Source: an uncultured virus (IMG/VR IMGVR_UViG_3300049791_000126) (Duplodnaviria > Heunggongvirae > Uroviricota > Caudoviricetes). From it: a DNA stretch of 64,000 bases. Made by a program: the position numbers and the translations under genes. This document shows positions 49,055 through 58,243 of the stretch, one piece after another. The stretch lies in IMG/VR virus record IMGVR_UViG_3300049791_000126; one strand, 5' to 3'. Below the pieces are notes generated by a model that saw only the letters and a list, made by a program, of their open reading frames with translations, did not search any database and had not been told where the DNA came from. Every line of letters begins with the position of its first letter. Position 1 is the first letter of the stretch.

Positions 49055-50515
49055 ATCCGTCCCCCAAGACGCGCTTCTATCAGGTACGAGTTCCGAAGCG
49101 GAGCGAGTGGGCTCGGATCTGGATCACCGACGATGGGTGCATTTCGATCCTAAGCGACTACGGTGATTTTGGGTACTGGTTCGGGTCGCCGGGCTGCGAG
49201 TTCAGGAGGTTCCTGACGCGCTGCGGGCCGGACTACCTGATGAGCAAGTTCAAGAATGGCGAGGAAGAGTTCGACGAGAACGCCACGCGACGCAACGCTC
49301 AAGAGATGGTCCTTCGTGCCCGCCGAGAGCGAGAGATCGATAAGGAGACCGCGCGTGACGAGTGGGATGCCGTCTGCAACGTCGATTGGTCGGACGAGTA
49401 TTCGCGCTCGAGGTGGTACTTCGAAGAGACGAAGCTAGTGGATTGCGCGACGAGCGACGTGCTTGAGTTTTGCGTGCCGATGCAGGTGCAGATGTTCGTG
49501 AAGGAGATCTGGCCGCTCTTCGTCGCTCAGCTGCAGGCTGAGCTCGACGCCGAGTCTGCGAGCGCTCACCCAGGATTTACCGACTGACTTTTCCCAGACC
49601 TAACAGGATCCCCGAATGAACGTCTCCCAGCTGAAAGCCCTGCTCGCCAAAGTCTCCGACGAAACCGAGATCGAGGTACACCTCGACATGCTCGACGACG
49701 AAGATCCCATCATCGGGACCGTGAAGAGCGCTTCCCTTCAACTTTCAGTCGACAAGGAGTCGGTGCTCGTGATCGGAGCGGTCGACGCGCACCCGGAAGA
49801 CAGTGACGAGGAGGAGGAATAAATATGGCCGATCGAATTCGATTCAAGTGCCCGTGCTGCGCCTCCGGGCACGACCGTGGATTTGTTGACGGCGTGAACA
49901 CATTCCGCTGCCTCGGGTGCGGATACATCGGGCACGGGTTTCACCCGGACCCAGAGACGGACCGTTCGTTGCTTGCGGAGCACGAAGCCAATAACGCTTT
50001 GAATCGGAAGCTGGGGGTGCCCGAGGTACCGCTCGGCGTAGATCCACTGAGCTTTGGTTGTTAAAAATGAAGCCCCGAGTTTGGATCAGGTTCGACGAAG
50101 AGTTGCCGCCGGAGGGTGTGATGGTGATGACGAAGATCGATGATGCGCGCGGAGTCCGCAACGAGCAGCGGCTGCGCCGCAGCGGTTCGATGCTGCTTGG
50201 AGGCGGCATGTACGTCTACTACCAACCGACGCATTGGTGTCACCTGGACGAGGAAGAATGAAGCCCCGCGTTCCGACGCGGAAAGAGCGCGCCGTACTCC
50301 GCGCCCGCGACGCCCTCAAGCGGAACGAATCCCGTCTCCTCGAGCGCTTGCAGTCAGCTCAGGAGGCCCTCGGCGACGACTGCTCGCACCCGGTGATCTT
50401 TCGCTACCAGTGGCAAACGAAAGGCTCCCAAGCGAACTTCGTCACCGGCGAGCGCTGCGTGCTATGCGACAAGCGCCGGTCCTTCGCGGGGCGCGGACGG
50501 TGGAAGAAGGGCTGA
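49051..50515 (+). other. Five small hypothetical ORFs (49051-49587, 49616-49822, 49825-50064, about 50067-50261, about 50258-50515)
   Basis: Co-oriented, closely spaced or overlapping. Confidence 0.65.
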
Positions 50516-50529
50516 CTCACCCCTAGAAA

Positions 50530-50559
50530 TTGACCCGACCTCGCCCGCTCAGGTACCCT
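50530..50559 (+). promoter_or_regulatory. Sigma70-like promoter
   Basis: TTGACC-N18-TACCCT, 7 nt before the ATG at 50567. Confidence 0.5.
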
Positions 50560-50566
50560 TCATGGC

Positions 50567-51676
50567 ATGCCCCGTCCCCGCCATCGCCCCAACCGCCTCC
50601 CGGTCGCCCCCCCTCCGCTACGCCACCGGGTGCACTCGCCAGTGAGCGCTGGTGCTGGTCGGGAGAGTTCCTTGGACCGCGTGCGGCGCTTGGCGCGCGA
50701 GCATCGAGTGGCGGAGAAACCGTTCGATCCGGAGAGGCGGGGGACGTGGCGGGGTAGCTCCCGGGATCTCGTCGTGAATCCACGTCAACGGCGCAATGGC
50801 AAGGGGTCAGCGTCGGCGCAAGACCTCTTGGGCGACGTAACGGCTGTGCTGGACACGGCTCTGTCCCCCGATCACGACAAGAAAGAAATCGTGACGGGAT
50901 CGATTCTTGTGGGATGGGACCGTAGCCCCGATGACTCGTCGCTCGTCATCGCCGTCATACCGTCATACACGCGCCCGAACGAAGCCGAAGCGATCGAGAT
51001 CGCTACCGACTATGCGGTGGAGATGAAGTGGTTGCGCTCGAAGGACCCGCGCCAGCCAGATTACGTGGTCGAAGTAACTGGACGAGACATAGCTGCCCGA
51101 GAGCGCTTCGAGGGCATCCAGCAAGGCAGCTTCTACAGTATCGACGGCTCGTCGTACCGAGATGTTCATCGGGACGATGGCGGTGACTGGTGGGGATCAG
51201 ACTACGCGCAGGGCAGCGATTATTCAGGCGGCACCGTCACCCTGAACAACTACAACCAGCTCCTCGAAATGGCCAATGAGTCGGGATGCGACTGCTATGA
51301 GACCATGTCTAGCGGTCATGGCGGATACCACATCTTCTTCAACGTCTATACGACGCCCGACGAGATCGTGGAAGCGTTAGCCGCGCTCGATGACTACCCA
51401 TCCATAGACGACGAGTCCCTCTCTGAACTCGAGCAAGAGCAATCAGAAGAAGCCTGGAACAACTGGGCAGAGAGTGAATTTCGTAAGGGCCTGGAAGCGA
51501 AGTTTACGGGGGACGCGAGCGAGGTATCTGATGAAGATCTGTATGCCTGCTTCCACGAAGCCATGGAAGACTCCAACTCCTACTGGGAAGATCAGCAGAG
51601 AAGCGGCATGTGGGTCGACATCAAGCGCGTGCTCGCGAAAGTGACCGAGCCTCCGTCTGGTTTCGTCGAGGAATAG
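50567..51676 (+). CDS. Protein with a basic N-terminus and an acidic body
   Basis: MPRPRHRPNR...NPRQRRNG, then a D/E-rich domain. Confidence 0.75.
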   Translation: MPRPRHRPNRLPVAPPPLRHRVHSPVSAGAGRESSLDRVRRLAREHRVAEKPFDPERRGTWRGSSRDLVVNPRQRRNGKGSASAQDLLGDVTAVLDTALSPDHDKKEIVTGSILVGWDRSPDDSSLVIAVIPSYTRPNEAEAIEIATDYAVEMKWLRSKDPRQPDYVVEVTGRDIAARERFEGIQQGSFYSIDGSSYRDVHRDDGGDWWGSDYAQGSDYSGGTVTLNNYNQLLEMANESGCDCYETMSSGHGGYHIFFNVYTTPDEIVEALAALDDYPSIDDESLSELEQEQSEEAWNNWAESEFRKGLEAKFTGDASEVSDEDLYACFHEAMEDSNSYWEDQQRSGMWVDIKRVLAKVTEPPSGFVEE

Positions 51677-52225
51677 ATGAAGCAGCGTGACGCAGAGAAG
51701 CTCGGCAAGGCTACCGAAGCGCTGCTGGCGCGCTTCCGCGCCGCTGTCGACAAGCTCAGCGCGCGCGAAAAGATTGCCCTAGCCGCCCTCGATCCCCTCG
51801 CGACCATCAACGAAGGGCTGGAGAAGGATGTCGAGAAATGGAATGAGCTCGCGAGCGATCTCGACCCGGACGCAGAAGTCGCTCCCGTCATGGATGCCCC
51901 AGCGATCGATCTCGATGATCTGACCACCACGATTGAAGGCGCCTTCGAGGCGGCTCATTCTACGTTGGAAGAGTCGATCGATCTCTTCGAGGACCTCGCC
52001 TCCCGCGCGAGCGACTATGAAGAGTCTGAGGAAGAGGAAGAGGACGACGGGGAGGTGGTCTACGCGTGCTCTTGCGATCACCCGCGCTGCGCGGCGGAAG
52101 GTCCAGAAAGACCGACCGACTCCGGGGCGCAGCAGGCTGCTCGTGACGCGGGCTGGTTAGTGGTTGACGAGGGAAACTACTGCCCGAAGCATCGGGACCA
52201 GGCGCGGTCGGTGCCACTGGACTGA
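51677..52225 (+). CDS. Acidic coiled-coil protein with a C-terminal Zn finger
   Basis: CSCDHPRC...GW...YCPKH, similar to the finger in 38674-39357. Confidence 0.75.
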   Translation: MKQRDAEKLGKATEALLARFRAAVDKLSAREKIALAALDPLATINEGLEKDVEKWNELASDLDPDAEVAPVMDAPAIDLDDLTTTIEGAFEAAHSTLEESIDLFEDLASRASDYEESEEEEEDDGEVVYACSCDHPRCAAEGPERPTDSGAQQAARDAGWLVVDEGNYCPKHRDQARSVPLD

Positions 52226-52229
52226 CGCG

Positions 52230-52807
52230 GTCTCAGCTTACATCGGCGCTGAGCTGCCTCGTCGCGCGCTGCCTGAGGCTTCGTCTCGGCTTCCATCGGC
52301 GCCGAGCAGCCTCCACACGCTTGACGCCGTTGATCTTCGCAACGAACGGCGCGACTGGTCTCGGTTTCCATCGGCGCCGAGCAGCCTCCACACCCAGCTC
52401 GCCCACGGCATACTGGGCGCCATAACGGGTGTCTCGGTTTCCATCGGCACCGAGCAGCCTCCACACCTCACAACGACCCCTCAGAATGAACGCGAGCTGA
52501 GTCGTCTCAGTTTCCATCGGCACCGAGCAGCCTCCACACTTGCTGCCGCTTGTCGTGCAGGTGCTTGGGTATTTGGTCTCAGTTTCCATCGGCACTGAGC
52601 TGCCTCCACACGTGCAAAAGTAGATCCATCACCAAATACCGAGGGAACCCGTCTCAGTTTCCATCGGCACTGAGCTGCCTCCACACCTCAGGCCTCGTCT
52701 CAGTTTCCATCGGCACTGAGCTGCCTCCACACCCTCCAGCGTCAGGGCGCTCGCAGGCAGTTCGTCTTCGTGTCTCAGTTTCCATCGGCACTGAGCTGCC
52801 TCCACAC
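52230..52807 (-). CRISPR. CRISPR array, 9 repeats and 8 spacers, no cas gene in window
   Basis: 36-bp repeats (+ consensus GTCTCAGTTTCCATCGGCACTGAGCTGCCTCCACAC) start at 52230 (degenerate), 52283, 52358, 52431, 52504, 52576, 52651, 52697 and 52772. Spacers are 17, 39, 37, 37, 36, 39, 10 and 39 bp. The degenerate end at low coordinate implies minus-strand transcription. Confidence 0.95.
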
Positions 52808-52968
52808 AGGTCTAGTTGTCACAGAACAATTCCGCCTACTTACATGGCGGTTTGCGAGCGGTTCGAAAATCTACCCTGCCCATTCGCGTCGGGCATCGGA
52901 TTTCCCGGTTTATTTGCATCTAGTTCCCCATCGGCACCGCGGCTCTCGCGATCACGGTGCAGACGCAG
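52808..52968 (-). promoter_or_regulatory. Putative CRISPR leader
   Basis: Lower-GC non-coding 160 bp next to the conserved end of the array. Confidence 0.6.
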
Positions 52969-54081
52969 TTAGCCAATCCTAAACACCGTATCCGGCGGCA
53001 CGACGAGCGAGCCCCCAGCAGTCAGCGTGCCCGAGAACTCACCGAGTCGCCCCTTGCCGTGATAGCTGATGGCCTCTACCTGCCCGAATCCCCAGAGCTC
53101 GGTCAGGACTTCGAAGGCAAGCGGTTTGTCTTTCTCAACTCGGAAGTGGATGTCGTTGATGGTGATGGTCATCAGCTCGGGCGGCGGAGTCGGCTGCGCC
53201 GCGGCTTTGAGCTGCGCTACTTCCGCGAGAAGCGATTCAGCTAGGTCAAGCGCGCTGCTTATTTGGTCACGGCAATGACCAGCGCGGGCGTAGGATATGT
53301 GTCCAAGCCCCGCCTTAGTGAGGTACTCGGCCTGCTTCATCGCGTCCCGGAGAGTACCCGTGAGAAGCGAGTGATCGCTGGCAGGTTTCGACTCCGCAGC
53401 GGCCGTGAGCTGCGCTACTTTTTCGAGCAACGCGAGCACCCCCGTATCGTACTCGGTGCCGTTCAGGCGCACGAAGAGCATGCGGCCGGCGGAATCGATG
53501 AGCAAGCCCGTCGGCGCGCGCAGCATGGCGCGGAGGGCTTCGGCTTCGGGGTGGGCGGAGAGATCGACCTCGGCGACGGCGAAGAGCTGCCATAGATCGA
53601 CATTGAGTCGATCGATGAGGGCGTCCAGGTGCCGGCCTAGGTGGTTTAGTGGGCCGTGTTGCAGCTCACCAGTGCGGAGCGTGGTGACGAGCGCCTTCAC
53701 GGTCAGGAGCGCGTCGCGGAATCCTTGGTCGTAGCCGTGGTCTTTTTCCAACCGGCGGCGCGTCAGCAGCTCGGTTCTCATCGCATCGTATTTCGATCGA
53801 ATGCGCCCGAATGCCTCGAGAGCATTCTCATATAAATTCGAGAGTGCGTAGGTGACGAGCTCGAAGTCTTCGGGGGTGGATGTGGCTGTGGTGTGTTCGA
53901 CGGGCTGAATTTCAGCCGCACGATCGCGTTGTTTATGTTCAGCGTGAATGACGCGCGCGTCCTCGACGGGCACATCCTCCGCCCATGCGGTGTGGAGGTA
54001 CCCGTGCAACCTCTTCGGGAGCTCATGGAGTTCGTGGTTCGTCACCTCGACGACCCACTTATCGAATGGAGTTCTGGTCAT
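52969..54081 (-). CDS. Helical protein with a C-terminal multi-ubiquitin-like (beta-grasp) domain
   Basis: ATGA overlap at 54078-54081; last 67 aa MTITIND...LAFEVL...ISYHGKG...SGTLTAGGSLVV...FRIG. Confidence 0.6.
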   Translation of the reverse strand: MTRTPFDKWVVEVTNHELHELPKRLHGYLHTAWAEDVPVEDARVIHAEHKQRDRAAEIQPVEHTTATSTPEDFELVTYALSNLYENALEAFGRIRSKYDAMRTELLTRRRLEKDHGYDQGFRDALLTVKALVTTLRTGELQHGPLNHLGRHLDALIDRLNVDLWQLFAVAEVDLSAHPEAEALRAMLRAPTGLLIDSAGRMLFVRLNGTEYDTGVLALLEKVAQLTAAAESKPASDHSLLTGTLRDAMKQAEYLTKAGLGHISYARAGHCRDQISSALDLAESLLAEVAQLKAAAQPTPPPELMTITINDIHFRVEKDKPLAFEVLTELWGFGQVEAISYHGKGRLGEFSGTLTAGGSLVVPPDTVFRIG

Positions 54082-55588
54082 TTGGTGGCTAGCTTCAAGT
54101 GGGGTGGAGGAGCGGGCTCGGTGTCCCGAGCGCGGAGGTCGGCGAGTTGTTGTTCGAGTTCGCAGATACGGGTGATGTCTTCTGCGGCGTGGGGGTATTC
54201 GGTGCCCCAATCTACAGTGCCTTTGGTTACGATCTCTAGCCCAAGTGGAGCAAGCAGAGATCTCAGATCCTGCAACGTTGCAGGCCTCGTTTCGGTTTCT
54301 GTTCGGACGACTAGGTTACTTTGCGCTAAGCGCGCCGAGATCTCCTCGGCAAGTGGAAGTGAAGACAAGATTGCGGGCCTTTCATACGCTGCCTTTCGCT
54401 CGGTACTGAGCTCGCGGCAGAACGCCTATCGCCCCCTCACTCCCCTCCACGAGTCCGTCGTAAACCTCCCAGCCGATCGAGATCACCCGAGGTGAACCGA
54501 GCGCTTCCACGTCGCCATTGTCGCTGACCTTCCCGCGCGTCGCCCCGCACTCGCAGATCCGCACCGATTCGACGAGCTTCACCACGTCGTCGCAACGCGT
54601 GCAGTTGAGCAGCAGCATGGGCCGGCGGGTCATGGCGTCACCGGAGCCTCGTGCATTCAGCCGAGAGCCGTCCATACGCGCGCTCACGCCGTCCGAGATC
54701 GGGGATCTGGCCGATGCGGTTGTAGGTCCCGACCACGCTCTCCCGCGCGAACCACAGCTGCCGTTCGTGGGGCTTCAGCGCTTCGATCGATCCACCGTGG
54801 AGCGCCACCAAGCGCTTGAGCCAGCCGAAGCGCTCGTCGATACGGGTGAGGCACTCGCGCCGCGCTTCCTCGGCTTTGAGCAGGGCGCTTTGCGGCGCGG
54901 AGAGGATGCGGGCGTTCATGGGTCGGGCACCAGATGCGGGTACACTGGCACGATTCTCCCGAAAACTTCAGCCATGCAATGGGTATCCGGCTTCGCAAAG
55001 CAAACGGAACCGATATTCTCCAGCAGGAAAGCTTATCGGGTGATCCAGTGCGTCCGCGAGCGCGCGTTCGCGTGGACCCTTGCGCTCTTCGTGGCTCACC
55101 GAAGCTTCTCCCGCCTCGAGCAGTACCGATCCACCAAGTCCGAAACCTCCTGGATCGGATCTCCGTGCTCGACCTGCAGCTCGTCGCAGGCAGCCGCCTC
55201 GAGCATGCGGAGCTTTCCGGGAGCGAAAGCTTCCATGGTCAGGAGCACGGCTTCGATCTCGTGGAGGTTCAGGAGGATGCTCTTCCAGAGGCGGCGATCG
55301 GGGTGCGTCGAGAATGGCGCAAAGTGCGCCAAGGCCTCGATGGCATTGCCGATGTCGGTCGTGATCGCTGCTTTAGCCACGGCGCCTCTGAAGCGCGCGG
55401 CGCTGCGCGCGGAGATCGTAGAAGAAGTTCTGGGTCACGTAGCCGAGGAGCACCGGCCAGACGATCATGCCCCGCACGAACTCCATCCGGGTCATGCAGC
55501 CAGAGAGGCACTCGTTGGCGGCGAGCATGAGCAGGCAACCGACGAGCAGGTAGGCGGGGATGATCATGTAGACGAGGGTGATGGGCAT
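54078..55588 (-). other. Small hypothetical ORFs (54078-54368, about 54382-54633, 54638-54919, 55096-55380, 55373-55588)
   Basis: Co-oriented and closely spaced. Confidence 0.55.
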
Positions 55589-55596
55589 GGTGGGTG

Positions 55597-55881
55597 TTAC
55601 AGGTGAGTTGACAAAATTCTTCCCACGAGTTGGATGGTTTTTCCAGATTTGACGACGGCCGTCAGCCGATGCTGGCCATCGATCAATTGGCCTTCGCCGT
55701 CAAAACAGATCCCCTGATGAGTGAGTCGCCATTCCCCTGCCAACATGTCGGCCGTAAAGGCATCCACGAGGCGCAGTGAGATGTTCCTGTTTCGCGGGTG
55801 GTTCTTTGCGAGCCACTTTTCGGCTTGCGAAGGCGTGACAGATTGGGGACCAATTTTCAGAGCTGATTGAGCGCGCGCCAT
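55597..55881 (-). CDS. Short ParB/Srx-like (DGQHR) domain protein, possibly truncated
   Basis: VTPSQAEKWL...NRNIS...W...QGICFD...LIDGQHRLTAVV; only 94 aa. Confidence 0.7.
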   Translation of the reverse strand: MARAQSALKIGPQSVTPSQAEKWLAKNHPRNRNISLRLVDAFTADMLAGEWRLTHQGICFDGEGQLIDGQHRLTAVVKSGKTIQLVGRILSTHL

Positions 55882-55915
55882 GTGGGGTGATTCCTTTGGA
55901 ACGGGATACCGGCTG

Positions 55916-55944
55916 ACACTACGCTAGTGGCACACCGCTGTCAA
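55916..55944 (-). promoter_or_regulatory. Sigma70-like promoter
   Basis: Minus strand TTGACA-N17-TAGTGT; RBS AAGGA before 55881. Confidence 0.65.
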
Positions 55945-57226
55945 CGCTCCGGATCTGCCGGCTTTCCGCGGCGAAGCTCCGCTGACAGCTTCGCCGCATG
56001 CGCGCACTTTCGAAGAAAGTCCTGCTCGGCGCGCGCGAGCGCCACCTCGGGCTTGCCCCCCACGCCATTGCCCCCTTCGTACAGGCTCTCGCCGTGCCCC
56101 TCCTCGAGCCCCTGGAAGTGAATGAACGCCGTCCACTCCGGAGGCACCTCAGTATCTTGCGTGTCGCGATAGATGAGCCGCACGCGGAGCTTCGGGAGCC
56201 GCATCTCCCAGTGCACCTCTTTGCTCGTCGCGTGCGACTGCCGAAACTCCCAGCCGCGCCAGAGGAACTTCTCGCGCGCTGCGATGCGACTCACTCGGGG
56301 AGCTCGGAAATGGTCCCGTCCGTGCTCTTGAAGATCAGTACGATGGAAGAAGTGGCTCCATGAAAGAGAGCCGCGTAGGCGCCTTCCACGCGGCTCGATT
56401 GAGCGACCTCGACTCGATACAAAATCAGTCCCTCCGTGTCGGGCGGCAGATTGAACTCAACGACGTTGCCAGCGCCGACCCCGAACGATCGCCGCATTCC
56501 ATCTTGGAAGACGAAGGTAACGCTCGCCTTGTCAGCAGGAGTGTGAGCGTGAGCGAGGGGTTTGTCGAACATGTTGGAAAAGTCGATCATGGTGACTCCT
56601 GGATGCGTTGGGGACGATATTTGGGTTTGCGCTTGAGGCGGCGCTGCTGGTTGCAGTGCGCGCACCGGCACGAACCATACTCTTGGCCGCGCTCGCCGCA
56701 CAAGAGACAGGGAGAGGCCTTGATCTCGAAGCCCGGAGGGGAGGCGTTGCGGGAGGGAGCTCGAGCCAGATTTTTCGACCGAGGCCGCTCGCGCACGGCT
56801 CTCCTGAACACGCTCATCGAGCCGCTGGGGCCGAGTAGGCTCGCCACGCGCTTGAAGGTCGACACCGACCCCTGCGCTTCCTCGAAGATCTCGGTGACCC
56901 AGTCCTCGGGCTCGTCCTCGAAGCTCATGGCGTCTTGATCTGGGTGGAGTCTCTCTCGCCGGTCACGAAAGATACTTCGGTCCAGATAAATTCGCAGTCG
57001 CTGTCGTCTTCGTGGCCTGCCGGTAGGAAAGGCGCCGTGATGACGTAGCCATTTCGGGCGAAGTCGAATTCGATGCGAATAGGCCGCGCCGCGCGTACGC
57101 AAATGAGGTCGACCTCGACCCTCACCGGATGATCGAGCGTGCGATCGGGGTCTTGGGTTCTGGGGTACCAGAGACACGTCGAGAGCATCTCCCCATCGAA
57201 CGACAGATCTCCAATGGCGGCGGGTT

Positions 57227-58243
57227 TCATAATAGTCCTCGTCCCGGGTTGTCCTGAAACAAATTCGCGCGCCGGATGTAGCCCCGGAAGCTCTCGTAGC
57301 TCTTGTGTCGCGAGTGACTCATGATCTGCCACTCAGGCCGCCCTGCGCGCGCCGCTTCCGTGATGAAGCCTGCCCGGAGCGAGTGCCCGCTGAACTCCAC
57401 GCCCGGTTGGTCGGGGGAGATGTTCGACTTGCGCGCCCACTTCTTCACCACGTCGTTTACTTCCCATTCGGGGATGCGATCGAGCACTAAGCCGCCGTAG
57501 TAGGTGCGCGGAAAGAGCGCTCCCACGATCTCCAGCACATCAGGGCTGGCATCGATCCACGCGCGGAGCGCTGCTACCGGGCAGAGATCGGGGTTCCCAG
57601 CAGGCTCGATGGGGATGAGCTCGCCCTGGCCTTCCTGGTCGGTCTTCGACGACGCAATGGTGAGCTGCACTCCTTCCGGCGTGAACACCGCATGCTTCCG
57701 GTCGAGCGCCGCGATCTCGCTCCTTCGGAGGGCGCCAGCCCAACCGACGAGCAAGAGCGCCTTGTCGCGGATGGCGAGGGGATCGGTCGCGGGCATGCGT
57801 GCCACGATTTTTTCCAAGTGCCGCACGAGCAGCGGGGGCGCCTGCTCGGGGGCCATCTTGAGCGCGTTCTTGATCTTTCGGATATGCTGCTGCACGTGGA
57901 TCGATTGCCGGGGCGGCACGTAGCCCCGCACCTTGTGGTAGTGCGAGAGGGCCGCCATGGCCCGCTCGATGGTGGCGGGCTTCTGGGAGCCGCCTGGACG
58001 CTCGGGATCGGCCAAGTAGGTGACGTAGAGGATCACGACCTGAGGGGAGGCGGGGAGCGCGCGGTGGCCCCAAGCCGTGCACCAGGCATCAAAGCGCTTC
58101 CAGTCGCCCTCGTAGGCGCGCTTGGTGTTGGCAGGCGTCCCTTCCCGTTCGAAGCGGAGCGCGCGCACGTAGAGGCGCTCGGCCTCCACCCGCTGGAGTG
58201 GAGAGAGATGTAAGGGATCGGGGCGGCCGAGAAAATCGCTCAC
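57227..58243 (-). CDS. Cre-like tyrosine recombinase
   Basis: N-terminal NTKRAYEGDW; RDKALLLVGWAGALRRSE, SKTDQ, HSLRAG, SRHKS, YIR. Confidence 0.95.
   Translation of the reverse strand: MSDFLGRPDPLHLSPLQRVEAERLYVRALRFEREGTPANTKRAYEGDWKRFDAWCTAWGHRALPASPQVVILYVTYLADPERPGGSQKPATIERAMAALSHYHKVRGYVPPRQSIHVQQHIRKIKNALKMAPEQAPPLLVRHLEKIVARMPATDPLAIRDKALLLVGWAGALRRSEIAALDRKHAVFTPEGVQLTIASSKTDQEGQGELIPIEPAGNPDLCPVAALRAWIDASPDVLEIVGALFPRTYYGGLVLDRIPEWEVNDVVKKWARKSNISPDQPGVEFSGHSLRAGFITEAARAGRPEWQIMSHSRHKSYESFRGYIRRANLFQDNPGRGLL

Noticed and set aside
52319..52357. Possible self-targeting: the spacer shares GGCGTCAAGC with about 31488-31497
   Set aside because: The match is about 10 bp and the flanks differ; expected by chance in GC-rich DNA
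52164..52982. ORFs overlapping the CRISPR array with repeated peptides
   Set aside because: Translation artefacts of the 36-bp repeats
52969..54210. Array-adjacent ORF as a Cas12/TnpB effector
   Set aside because: No RuvC I/II/III acidic motifs or Zn ribbon are visible
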